Assembly (NCBI RefSeq): GCF_963506605.1
Contig: NC_083276.1
Span: forward strand, 80,848,001 to 80,912,000
Length of the DNA: 64,000 nt
Reading direction: 5' to 3'
From: Zootoca vivipara
Lineage: Eukaryota
The notes beneath the pieces are model-generated. The model had not been told where the DNA came from. It made no database searches and worked only from the letters and a program-made list of their open reading frames with translations. Of this stretch, positions 36,974 through 49,390 are shown piece by piece; the first letter of the stretch is position 1; every line of letters starts with the position of its first letter. Position numbers and translations under genes: made by a program.

Positions 36974-37500
36974 TTGTTGTTTAGTCGTGTCCGACTCTTC
37001 ATGACCCCATGGACCAAAGCACGCCAGGCACTCCTATCTTCCACTGCCTCCCACAGCTTGGTCAAACTCATGTTCGTAGCTTCAAGAACACTGTCCACCA
37101 TCTTGTCCTCTGTCGTCCCCTTCTCCTAGTGCCATCAATCTTTCCCAACATCAGGGTCTTTTCCAGGGAGTCTTCTCTTCTCATGAGGTGGCCAAAGTAT
37201 TGGAGCCTCAGCTTCAGGATCTGTCCTTCCAGTGAGCACTCAGGGCTGATTTCCTTCAGAATGGATAGGTTTGATCTTCTTGCAGTCCATGGGACTCTCA
37301 AGAGTCTCCTCCAGCACCATAATTCAAAAGCATCAATTCTTCGGCGATCAGCCTTCTTTATGGTCCAGCTCTCACTTCCATACACCACTACTGGGAAAAC
37401 CATAGCTTTAACTATACAGACCCTTGTCAGCAAGGTGATGTCTCTACTTTTTTAAGATGCTGTCTAGGTTTGTCATTGCTTTTCTCCCAAGAAGCAGGCG
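36974..37500 (-). mobile_element. BovB (RTE-clade) LINE, 5'-truncated
   Basis: Minus-strand ORF IVKAMVFPVVVYGSESWTIKKADRRRIDAFELWCWRR; homologous to 27430-27906. Confidence 0.95.
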
Positions 37501-38467
37501 TAAGAACATAAAAAAGAGTCTGCTGGATCAGGCCAACGGCCCATCTGGGCCAGCATCCTATTCTTACAGTGGCTAACCAGATGACTGCGGGAAACCCATA
37601 AAAAGAACCTGCGTACAAGAACATTCTCTCCTCCTGTGGTTTCCAGCAACTGTACAAGGGTCCTCAATGTCATTAAGGGGAGAGACTTCACCCAGCACAT
37701 GGTACCAGGTAAACATATCTAGAGAGAAATCTATACCTAGGCACTACCACAGAAATCTCTCCAAATGTTAATGTGATGATAATGTGATGGTGCTGTGTTA
37801 TTATAATCTTGTGAATACTCCCCAAAAAAGAATGGCTTGAACAAGAGCATATTGAACAGTTTGTTTCTCAGTTTTTAAAGAAATGCTTCTATACCTTCGT
37901 AATACAAATTATTGTTTCCAGCTCTGCTTCACAGCCCTGAGGCCTAGAACAAGAAATACTTAGAAATTCAGGTTCCCAGAAAGCAGAGCTTCAAGAAAAC
38001 CTTAAGCAGCTGTGCTATTCCTTGAGTCAAAAGAGCCTAGGGCCATCCTAAAGGCACTCCTTCCCCACCCTGCCCTTCAAAACCCACTCCCTACTTTCTC
38101 CCCCTGTCCTTCCCCCACCGTCCAATGCAATTAAGTCTTATAAGAAAATCCTGTGAAGCAGGGAAAGCCAAAAAATGAACAGGGAGTTTCCTTGGAACGC
38201 ATGCAGTTCAATGCAACGTATCATGTGTCAGTTTCCCTTAAAACAGTTCCATCTAGAACACTTACATGAAGTTTACAATGTGAGGTTTTCACATGAAATT
38301 CAGGTTTATCCTAGGATAAACTGGCAGCCATAAAGAATCAAGCCTCTCACTTCATATAAGTGCATCTAAGAGCATTCTGTTCAATTAAACATTACAATGG
38401 AGATTAAGGTGGTTCCATCTTCAATACACATGCTTACAAAGATGTGCGATACAAAATAATAAAAAAA

Positions 38468-38545
38468 TCCTTCCAGTAGCACCTTAGAGACCAACTAAGT
38501 TTGTCATTGGTATGAGCTTTCGTGTGCTTGCACACTTCTTCAGAT
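38468..38545 (-). mobile_element. Very short Penelope terminal-repeat fragment, mainly the hammerhead motif
   Basis: Reverse complement of about 45306-45383; CTGAAGA-A-GTGTGCAAGCACAC-GAAA-GC-TC-ATAC. Confidence 0.85.
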
Positions 38546-40395
38546 CAGTGTGATGAGACTATATGATAGGCCTTCACTGTAGCTATAGGGACACTTTTGC
38601 TGCTGCTACTGGGTTTTTTGTTTTTGTTTTTACAATATTAGCAATCAAACAGATGGTGTAAAGTGTAATTCCTTAATTTTTTAGGAGATCGTGTTCATGA
38701 ACATCTGCAGATGGGTACGAGAGTAGTCCCCTCTCCTGGATTTCCAGATTCCCAGCTTTCGTTCAAAAACAGGGGTGGGAGCACAATTTTCCCTTGTAGA
38801 ACCTGAGATCCAAAGCAAAAAATACTGATACGGATGCCCCCCAAAGAGAACCCTTTAGGCATCCAGGATTGTAGCACAGCTTTAATTGGGCAGTAGCATG
38901 TCTACCCAAAAGCAGCAGCAGAGCCAGGAGTTCATGATTTTTGTAATTCATGTCTTATTTTACACCAGAAAAATGTTACTCCCCCACCAGTAAAACTATT
39001 TAAAAAATCTTACCAATACCATTAATCACTATCACTATCAATAATAGTGATCAAATTAATTGCTATTATGTACATCAACATTGCAGGGGAAAGGGCTGTG
39101 TCTGAGAGAGTGTGGCTTATGCCAGTCCTGCAAAGTAACCCAATGTTATACCCATTTTCTAGGGCGGAGGAGGACAAGTTGGTGCATGAGAACCCTGTAT
39201 TGTTAACCTAGGGCGCTGTTTTTTTCTCAGGGAAATTCAGGGCGGGCTATGAAGTTGACTGTAGCAGTAAGGTCATTCATTAAGGGCTAGAGGAAGTAGA
39301 TGGAGCCAGAGAAAGGATTGAGTTTTCAACTGTGGCAGGACCCTGTCTGGATGCCAGGTCTAGCTGCGGATGGATGGCAGGTCTACCCTCACAGAGAAAC
39401 AATGGAAGAGTTGACCTGGGATACAAGTTTTTCAGGATCTGCATGGGACAAGCAGATACTCAGTCACGAAATCCACCAGAAAAGGTTGCCCTGTTCCCAG
39501 ATGCATGGTACAGATCTATACTTTGCCCCCCTTCCCTGGAAAAATTCTAGCAGGTACCCATGGTGTTATGTGTGCACATGTGGTGGAGGGAGGAGATAAG
39601 AATGGGAACATTGGGTTCATCAGCCAAGCACACAGCACTGTACGAAACAGACTGCACCAATTGGATTCATGTCCAGACCCGACCAAAGAGATTCTCCCCC
39701 CCCCCAGGATTGCTGACTACAATACTGTATTCTATTATATCCTCTTGACAGCTGTAAAAATTACAAGGCACGAATGCCAGCAAGTTTGGGACATGATGCA
39801 AATGTTTGCCCTGAACTGGTGCCATTAAAGAGAGAGGGTGTATGCCAGATGTTTCAAATTATGAAGTTGCTTAAACTCATATCCATACTCCTGTAAGGGG
39901 TAGGCAAACATTTGTGGGGGGGGGGTTTCTTTTTAAAAAACCCTCTTTTATCCATACTTATAGCAATAGAAAGAATTGCATAAAATGCATGTTCTTTGAA
40001 GGTGCAGCCTCAAATATGGATTTTGTGCTTGTGTGCACATTACCACTTACTCTGCCTTCAGTGCACTCTTACCACTGGTGTTGAATGCTGAGTACACATG
40101 ACGTTAGTCACAGTCCATATGTTTCTTGTTGTTTCTTGAGAAATACTGTGATTTGATGTGTTTTCCCTCAATCCAGCTTCCATCCAGTTTGAAACCATAA
40201 CTGTTGATTAAGGTGAGGTGTGTAGTTTTAGGACAGCCATGGAGCATGCGCAGATGACAGCTACCAGTACGTTCAGCATGGGGAAACAAATTAGCTAATA
40301 TGTATCGTGTGAAGCCATCCCAGAGTCCTTTCTGGTGTGTACAGCAACATAAAAAGCATATTTGATACGCAGTGGCAGGAAACTGCTAACATGTA

Positions 40396-40674
40396 CCATA
40401 TTGGCCTGAATATAAGCCGCACTTTTTTTTCCAAATTCCGACTGTGGAAAGTTAAAGTGCGGCTTAAATTCGTGATCTTACAAAAATTGACTTTTACAAT
40501 ATCGCTGTAGGGTTTTCTTCTACATTTGCCATTTACGGGTGTGAGTGCCTGCAGAATTTTAGGGGAGAAGCTTATATTTGGTTATTATCTTTTTTTGTCC
40601 GTCCGCCCCCCCCCCCCCGGAATTTTAAAGGTGCGGGTTATTTGCGGGCGTGGCTTATATCCAGGCCAATACAG
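40396..40674. mobile_element. pogo/Tigger-type MITE
   Basis: TA-flanked; TIRs CCATATTGGCCTGAATATAAGCCGC / GTGGCTTATATCCAGGCCAATACAG. Confidence 0.8.
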
Positions 40675-43258
40675 TATATAGCCAGAGTCAACTCCAGGAA
40701 CATTCTAGAGCTCTTAGGGAACTCTATACAGTACTTAATTTTCCCATTTTAAGATTATAATTTTAACTATCAGCACATACTGGGGTAGTAAGGTAGTTGT
40801 GTTTCCACCATGTTTCTCTGTTTCCACAGCAACCTGGTATTAACCCGAGTAAGTGATTGACACTCACAAGAGTTTGAAATGTGGTGAATATTAGTTTTCA
40901 CAAGCTAATGCCAGTTGAACTTTGTGAATGTGGAAAAATTTACATCAGCAAATGTGTGCAGTAAGCCAAATGGGACAGTCATGTATATCAAATAAGTAAT
41001 GGGTGGCTGGAATCCCTATTTTCTCCAGGACTGTCACCACTCACATGTAAATATTGACTTCTAGCCCAAAAGTCTAAGCAGGACTGCTGGGCTCCTAATT
41101 TGGCCTCTGAGGCCACTTCCTCCAAGTCACACCCACTCACACTGATAAGAAGTGACTTCAATCACAAAATGTGCCTGGCGCCTGGAGAATTGTGAACACT
41201 GTCTAAAGGGTTAAAGTAAAATCAATCCAAGTGCATGTAAATGTGCGAAAATTAGACATTTCCTTTAGGAAGTAAAAGGGTTACAGCAATCAGCATCTGA
41301 GCATACACAAAAATGATGGAGTTTGACGCTTAAGTCAATGCAGAACACACATGCACTGAAAATAGAAATTAGCTCACAATCAGTCGGCTTTCCCAGGTAA
41401 CATAGTGGGATAAATGAAAAGTTGCTCAGACCTGTGCTTTCTGGGCATGGGACAAGCAGAAGTGTGGACAAGCCCTCAGCGTTCCCCGCTACAGTGAGAA
41501 GCATTGTATTTCTACTTCAGCTATAGTAATTGTTTCTAAATGTGTGCGCATAAACATAAACTAGCACGTGCAAATTAGTACAGTACATGCAAATGAATGT
41601 CCTTTTTGCCCTCTTTCTGAGCAATACATAAGTGGCCATCCTAAATACCGCTGCTACATAAGCAATCACAAAGAGGAAAGGAAGAAACCAGCCCTCTTCT
41701 CTTTCCGATAAGTGCACTGACAAAAACCTCCTCCTGTCCTCCTGCCCCACCACATCACCATCAAGTGTAGCATAGAACAAAACATGGTATTTCAATGCAC
41801 TGAAATGAACCCAACCTTACAAAGTACATTTTAACCCTAACCAGCAACCTTTGGAAGAAATTGATCCACAGCAAACATAAACATTTTGAAACATCTGAAC
41901 CCACCAGAGTCAAACAGGGTGGAGTAATAGCCAATGAGGTACAGAACCAGAGTGGACGCAGAACATTCGTATGGCATCTTCTCCTGAGAGTTCAAAAGGC
42001 AATCCAAATCCTGGCTGAGAATGAGTTCAGCTTAATGGGAGGGTGGGGGGCACCACAGCATCCGCAGTCCTATTGCTCATGCTGGGCAAGGTGGAAGACA
42101 GGGAAAGGCAAAACACTGTGCCAGCCTGGAGCTGGTACAGTGATCAGGCATGGATCAGACACGATGTCTTATTGTGACAACAGTGGGTTTGGCTTGGGAT
42201 TCAGTGGATCCCAGGGCAGCTCAGCCATTCCTCCATGAAGCTCGGTACCAGTGGCATGGTGCTGGTATCACTCTGCAGGCAGAGTCCAACAAAGCCCAGC
42301 AGGGCTAAATAGAGGAACATTTCCACCCAATCCAAACCTGCTTCCCCCCAGCTTTTATAGCAGTTTCAATTGAAGTGTTTAGCGGCCAGGGAAAGGGAAC
42401 TCCAATGAAGGATCCTGAGATCCCTAAAAAGGAAACAGTGAGTGACTAACTCATCAGTGAAAGCTGGAAAGAACCCCACAGTACAGTCCCAAATGCCTCC
42501 CTTGGCTCTTTAAAACTATGCGAGGCAGCTAAGACATCTCCACTGGTTCCTTGCACACAAGGCTATGCATGCTCTCTCGTGAAAGCCAAGAGAGGCAGCA
42601 GCAAAGGCAACTGCAGTAACCCTGTGTGCGCTCCTTCCTTCAGCTAGAAAAAGCACTGCTGCAGTATCCCACCAGTTGATCCCAACTTACAAGAAGAGAA
42701 GAAAGAATACAATCCCAAGGTTTAAAGCCTGAGGGCCTAAGGAGTCGGGACCCAGCCAGCCACCCCCTCTAAGTTGTTCTATCAACATTTGGGACATGTG
42801 TGTTTTCTATGAACTTTTCGCAACCTGTACTCATGGCAGGAACCACCTGCAGAATATGTACCTGCAGAATAAAGCATTGAAAATAGGGAAGCGTATTCAT
42901 GGACCCTCAAGGGGAAAGGCTCCTTGAACATAAATTTTATTGTCAAGATGTGCATTTCCCATCTAACTAACTAGATATCCTTCTATGAGATTAGAGCATC
43001 CATCAGGGTTCTAGAAAGGCCAACAATACTAAGATTACAAAAAATAAAGGACAAAAATTAAGAACAAGACAAAGTAGAACAAACAACATCTTCCTAACAC
43101 AACACCTCTCAATCTACTGGGGAACAACCGCCACCCTCCCAACACATTAATGAACAGAACATTGACCACCAACTACCACTGAAAAAATGTTACACAAAAA
43201 GGGACTCCACATGGACCCCTCCTGATGGACGCAATACTACACTAGATCTGTACATCAA

Positions 43259-44440
43259 TTGCTTCCGCCACAGAATCCAACGGATGTGACCAGAAAACAC
43301 CATCGCTTACAACAAAATCTAGACCATGCTGAAAGGAGAGCCATAGATAATCTCAGGAACAACCCAGACATTATAATTAAAGAGGCGGACAAGGGTGGAG
43401 CTGTAGTCATCATGAACAAAACTGATTACATCCAGGAGGCTCACAGGAAACTTTTACATAAAATTGGACTCAGACCCCACACAAGAATACAAAAAGAACA
43501 GAACAAGATTGTTAAGGAGCTACCCCCGCACATCCAAGAACAGATCCTCACAAACACACTAGCGGAACTTCAAACAGGAACTTTCTATCTTTCACATAAA
43601 ATACACAAACCAGGAAATCCAGGGCGCCCCATCATCTCAGGTATTGGCACCATTACAGTGGGTGTTTCCAGCTATATGGACTCTGTTCTGAAACAATATG
43701 CCATCAGTGCTCCCAGCTACGTACGCGACACCACAGATTTTCTGAGGAAAATACAATCTTTGAATAATATTCCTAACAATACTATACTAGCCACTATGGA
43801 TGTGGAATCTCTGTATACCAACATCCCACACAACGATGGTTTACAAGCCATAAGGAACACCATTTCAGATAAAACCACAGCGGACTTTGCTACCAAACTC
43901 TGCCATTTTGTCCTTACCCACAACCACTTCAAATTTGGTGATGACCTGTTCCTCCAGATCAGCGGCACAGCAATGGGCACCCGCATGGCCCCACAGTATG
44001 CCAACATCTTCATGGCAGATTTAGAACAACGTTTCCTAAACCCACTCAAACCTCTCTTGTACCTGCAATACATTGACGATATTTTTATTATCTGGACACA
44101 TGGTCAACAGACCCTGGACATCTTCCACCAGACATTCAACCTAACAATGAACCAATCTATGCAGGAAATACATTTTTTGGACACTACTATAAAAACACAG
44201 GATGGGCGTATGGACACCACCTTATACCATAAACCAACTGACCGACAAACATATATACATGCTTCTAGCTACCATCCCAAACATACCAAACAATCCATTG
44301 TATATAGCCGGGCCCTACATTACAGCCGCATCTGTTCCAACTCTACAGACAGAGACTCTCACCTAAGAGATCTACAGCAAACCTTTTTAGAACTAAAATA
44401 TCCGCCCAATGAAGTTAACAAATCAATAGAGCCAGACTGA
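43259..44440 (+). pseudogene. Penelope-type reverse transcriptase ORF fragment
   Basis: RT motifs as above; frame shifts near 43275 and 44420 relative to the adjacent homologous frames. Confidence 0.9.
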
Positions 44441-44454
44441 TACCCAGAGAGAAC

Positions 44455-45123
44455 TTGCTGCAAGACAGACCCAAAAAAGAAAATAACAGAACACCACTAG
44501 TAATCACATACAGCTCCCAAGTTAAAACAGTTCAACGCATCATCAGTGATCTACAACCTATCCTAGACAATGACAGCTCTCTTTCTCAAGCTCCGGGAGG
44601 AAGACCTTTCCTTGCCTACAGACAGCCACCCAATCTTAAACAACTCCTCACCCACAATAATACAACCAGACTCAATATGGACGCTGGTACCAGAGCCTGC
44701 AATAAACCCAGATGCCAACTTTGCTGCCACATACACCCGAACAACACCATTACTGGCCCCAACACCACCAAACATACCATCTCAGGACTATTTAATTGCT
44801 CATCTTCTAACATTGTGTATGCCATCAAATCCCAACAGTGCCCTTCAGCTCTCTATATTGGACAAACAGGCCAAACCCTACGCCAAAGGATAAATGGACG
44901 TAAATCTGACATCAGGAATCACAAGACAGAGAAACCAGAAGGAGAACACTCCAGTCTCTCAGGACATTCTATACAAGATCTCAAAGTAGCTATCTTATTA
45001 CAAAAGAATTTCAGAAATAGACTGGAAAGAGAAGTTGCTGAATTGCAACTTATTACCAAACTTAAAACCATGGAGAGATCTGGTCTGAATAGAGACAATG
45101 GATTCTTATCTCATTATACATGA
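44455..45123 (+). pseudogene. Penelope linker and GIY-YIG endonuclease ORF fragment
   Basis: CNKPRCQLC...FNCSSSNIVYAI...LYIGQTGQTLRQR...REVAELQLI...GLN; ends at a natural-looking stop just before the terminal repeat. Confidence 0.9.
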
Positions 45124-45303
45124 TAAAGCTATTTTTAGCCATCTCACCCCTTGCATTTTCCTGTAAGACCAATTGCAGTTATCAACAGTCGTCAACAGGT
45201 TTACCACTCCTATCAGCCAATCACCCATTCCCACCACCCTTCTGAGTAATACCCCTCCCCACCCTCTGACTATATATAAGGGTCTAGTGACTTCTGTTTC
45301 AGT

Positions 45304-45341
45304 GTATCTGAAGAAGTGTGCATGCACACGAAACCTCATAC
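45304..45341 (+). ncRNA. Minimal type I hammerhead ribozyme motif in the Penelope terminal repeat
   Basis: GTAT-CTGAAGA-A-GTGTGC AT GCACAC-GAAA-CC-TC-ATAC: stem I GTAT/ATAC, CUGANGA and GAAA core, 6-bp stem II, vestigial stem III, UC cleavage site. Confidence 0.75.
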
Positions 45342-47784
45342 CAATGACAAACTTAGTTGGTCTCTAAGGTGCTACTGGAAGGAAAAAATAAAGGGTTTTA
45401 TGCATGAAGATTCAATCTTGCGATGGAAGAAAAAGAACAATCACTCTAATTGGAAACCACACTGAAGAACGCCTTCCTCCCCACATGGCAGATGTGTGGA
45501 CCGCTGAATCCCTGGACAGGAACATGTGCCTGAAATAACCACAATGTGGCACAAAGATAATAGTTCCACCGGGTGTGTGCAGAACAAAGCACATCTGAAG
45601 CACCATAGTGAATGTTATTCATACTGAGACACTTCTGCTCTGCATGCTCTCAGTAGATAAAAGTGCCATTTAAATATTTTAGTACAACGGTTCAATCTTA
45701 AGTTATCTTAGACTCAACTGGTGTCTAAGAAAGAGGCTCCTGCTTCAAGAAAAAACATGTTCTTTCTTGTAAGATCCTTAGCTTGTGTGAATCAATGAAT
45801 CTTCAAAGAATCAAGGAAAGGAATTCAGGTCTGCTGCCAGGTTTCGGTGGGCCTTGAACAAGCTGCCCTCAAAGGGCACCCTTCAATGCAGACCCACTCC
45901 CCAGGAGCTTACCACCTGAGCCCTCAAAGCAGCAGTACTGTTGCAGCTGCCAAGCTCACACCCATTCAGCCCCAAGCCTCCCCTTTCAGACTCCCCTTTC
46001 CCTTCAGACATGCTTGAAGCCTTTTCTAGTGGTGACACCGGAAAGGGCTGGGAGTCAAGCTGCTGTTCTGTGAACAATTACACTGCTGCTGCCAGGTAAG
46101 CCCCACCAGCAAGCAAGCACAGGAGGGAAAGAGGTGGAGCAGCTGCCAGGCTCCTCCTCATGAGCCCTCAAGGGGGAGGCTGGCAGCAGTGCCATCACTA
46201 GAGGGTTCACATAACAGCAGGGCAAGCAAGCAGGCAGTCCTAGTGGGACTTATTCAAGATGTCTTGAATAAAATGGGTTTGTTTCAGAAGAGACAGTGAA
46301 GATTTTTATCCCAATGCATTCATGTGTCAATGCAGACAACTGTCTTTATAAATCCCACCAGGTATTGAGGAATGCTACCTTATTCTGTGGGTGTTTTTGT
46401 ATGGAGGCTTTCCCTAAAAAGGAAGTGCAGCATCAAAACACTCAATAATGCTGTGTGGAGTTTTTTTCTGACCCTGCGATGCAAGATCTGTAAGAATTAA
46501 TGATAAGGAAACGCCTGCTGCCTGTCTGAAGGAAGGAAGAGTATGACTGGGTGGAAAGCCAAGCAATCTTAACTTTTCCAGCTAACACTCAAATTAAAGA
46601 AGAAATATTACAGTAAAGAAAGTGAGCAGGCGTACATATTATTTTCAAAAAAACACTCTGGAGTGTTTTCACAAGTCAAATACCTGCAGACATAATGTGA
46701 GAACTAGTACGCAAATCCTATCTATTTTCAAAAGAAGATTTGTGAATTCTGGCAGCTATTTCAAGATTATTGATAGGCACAGGAGATAAAGATATGCACT
46801 CAGATATATAGCTACATATCATATCACAACTGGCCCCAAGGCAACGTTTTAAACATTCTGGACTTAGAAGTATGTGAGATCTGATTTTAAGATCAACTGT
46901 TCCCATAAATGTTATTTATTTTAGCCCCTAGTTTCTGTATTGTACAGCGTGTCCTTGTACAGCTAAAATTCTCTCCATTCAGTTCCCATCTGTAAAACCG
47001 GCAAACTATCGGTATATGCCAAACTTAGTCCTTTAAGGGCCTTTTCTGTTGTAGCACCTCTCCTATCCAAGCAAGGCCCATCAGCCCTCATCACTATGCT
47101 GTGTCAGGCAAATGGTGAAGATCTAACTTGATGAACTTTAATTTTGGCTGCCTCCCTTTTGTGTCTGGAACACCACCAAAACTGCTGGTCTAACCTTAAC
47201 AAACACTGGGCTACACTAGATGGTAGAGGGTATCCCACACCTTATTTTAGGCTCCTTGTATACATACCTATAAGCGGCAGCTCTCAATCCTACAACCCTA
47301 CTAAGCTCAAGTGATGGAAATAATTTATCCGTGTTTACATTATGGATGCCAAGTCAATTCAAGTTCTTCAGCCCAACTGGGTCGTGAATCTGGGTTGCTT
47401 GCATATGCATATAATTATAGCAAACCCATAAAGGGAACCAATATGTTGAAGTTAATATCAGATGAACAATAAGGCAGTCAAAAATGGAAAGGGTGGATTC
47501 ACACTCATTTGGCAGTCTTCATATCTGACCCACATAAAAGTGATTTAGCCAAAACAGCTAAAGCTAGATGTAATGGCTACTAAATTAAATGAAAACTGGC
47601 CTGTGTGTTCTTTGCAAAAATCAAGGTAACCTTTTCATCTTTAATGGTCCAAGGAACAGTGAAACATACAAGAGGATTAATTACTCCCATTCTGATTACA
47701 TCTATCAATCTGGTGTGAATCCTAGTCTAAACCATTTCAACAACAAAAAAGCTATGTGATTGCAAATCCATTCCCCATTCCTCT

Positions 47785-47943
47785 TCCAGGAACTGAAACG
47801 TCTGATGGGACTTCTGCGGCTTCTGATATTGGTTGCAGGAGCTTCCTACAGCCAATCAGAAGCCGCACTTTTGTTTCCAAATGTTTTGGAAGTTGAATGG
47901 ACTTCCAGAACGGATTCCATTTGACTTCCAAGGTACGACTGTA
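47785..47943. mobile_element. Tigger-type MITE, one-ended fragment
   Basis: Ends CAAGGTACGACTG-TA; internal inverted repeat TGCGGCTTCTGAT / ATCAGAAGCCGCA. Confidence 0.55.
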
Positions 47944-48728
47944 ATTAGATTTTGGTTGCAGAATCCTGAGAATCTCAACTTATATTTTCTTAAAGCGAAT
48001 AAATATCTAGCTGTGAAATGAAGCTTATGTTCCACTTCTATCCTGTCCACCTTCTTAAGATGCTTTCAGTGGCATTTGGGGGTCACAAAATCCCTGTGCA
48101 GTAAGGCTTAAGCTGAGATATAGGCTGCATTCAAATGAAATGCTAAACCGTGTTGGGCCATGTGAGCCTCAGACTTATGTATTATTGCCTCTTCCTCCAG
48201 CATGTCTGTGAGAGGGAAATGAGAAGCTTTTGCTTCCATTTTTGGCTAATGTCAGCTTGGTATGATATCTGAACCCAGACAAAGTAGTTAGTGTTAAGTA
48301 TGGCAGGGAGAGTGAGACCCACTTATCGAAACACATCACTCAACCACTATGCATCACAGTGTGCCTTGAAATTCCTCTCAGAAATTCTCAGAAAAAAGCA
48401 CTGCATAGAAGTTCCAGGAATCTAGTATCATGCTTCATTGTGGGTCAAAGGCTATAGGATGCAACATTTTGAATGAAGTTAAGTAAACTTGGACCTCAGT
48501 GCTGGATAGGAGGCAGACTGGGAAACCTAAGTTTTTATGTTGAAAGGTAAGATTAGGATATAAGCGGTAAATTACTACTACTACTGGTACTACTACTACT
48601 ACCACTAATAATAATAATAATAATAAACTGCACTGCTTCTTGTCAATCCTCAGAAGATACAGAAGCAAATTTGGATAATTTATATAGGTTGGATACCCTG
48701 TATCCAGCCAGAGATTTAGGTAGTGTTG

Positions 48729-49390
48729 TACACACTATACCTTTAAAGCACATTCAAAGCCCATTTCTTTCTTTCAAAGAATTCTGGGGACTGTAGTTCA
48801 CCGCTTACAGTGTTGCAATTCCCTACAATCCTTAACACAGTGTTTCTCAACCTTTTTTGGGCCAAGGCACACTTGTTCCATGAAAAAAAATCACGAGGCA
48901 CACCACCATTAAAAAAGTTAAAAAATTTAACTCTGTGCCGCCCTATATTGACTATATAATTATGACTGTAAGAAACACTTGCCAATTGCTGTGTTGGTTG
49001 CAATCTCCTGTAATAAGGCTTCACAAGCTGCTGATTTCTCTGCCAGAATAATCCTTTGCTCAGCAAGTTTCAGGTTGAGCTCATCCAGCCAGCTTCTTTA
49101 AGTTTGTCTAAAACCACCCTCCCGTGGTGGTGGCTGTTGAGAGCTGTGCTCGCTCCGCGTCGTGACCCGGCCAGCTTCCTTTCTGGCGTGTCAGTGTTGA
49201 TTATTGGCGGCCGCCAGGCACGTGACAATGTAAATCGCCCTTCTCGTCGCCGCACGTCGCGGCACACCAGCCAGCGTCTCGTGGCACACTAGTGTGCCGC
49301 GGAACAGCGGTTGAGAAACGCTGCCTTAACAAACTACAGTCCCCAGAATTCTTTGAAAGAAAGAAATGGGCTTCAAAGATAAAGTGTGTA
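48729..49390. mobile_element. Palindromic MITE (host element) split by a hAT insertion
   Basis: Perfect 42-bp inverted arms 48757-48798 and 49332-49373; outer TACACACT / AGTGTGTA. Confidence 0.75.
48838..49323. mobile_element. hAT (Charlie-like) non-autonomous transposon
   Basis: TIRs CAGTGTTTCTCAACC / GGTTGAGAAACGCTG; perfect 8-bp TSD CCTTAACA (48830-48837, 49324-49331); CpG-rich right end. Confidence 0.92.

Larger units (their letters stand above)
43070..45385 (+). mobile_element. Penelope-like retroelement, 5'-truncated and frameshifted; 5' boundary approximate
   Basis: STWTPPDGRNTTLDLYINCFR, IIIKEADKGGAVV, KIHKPGNPGRPIISG, TMDVESLYTNIP, QISGTAMGTRMAPQYAN, YIDD (44069-44080), then a GIY-YIG domain and a 3' terminal repeat. 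Confidence 0.95.

Noticed and set aside
41980-42460. Second solo LTR suggested by a minus-strand TATAAAA near 42355 and higher GC
   Set aside because: I could not identify TG...CA termini or a TSD.
43717-44073. Antisense ORFs over Penelope and BovB (also 27414-27866 and 37009-37455)
   Set aside because: They are shadow frames of retroelement coding sequence with no independent evidence.
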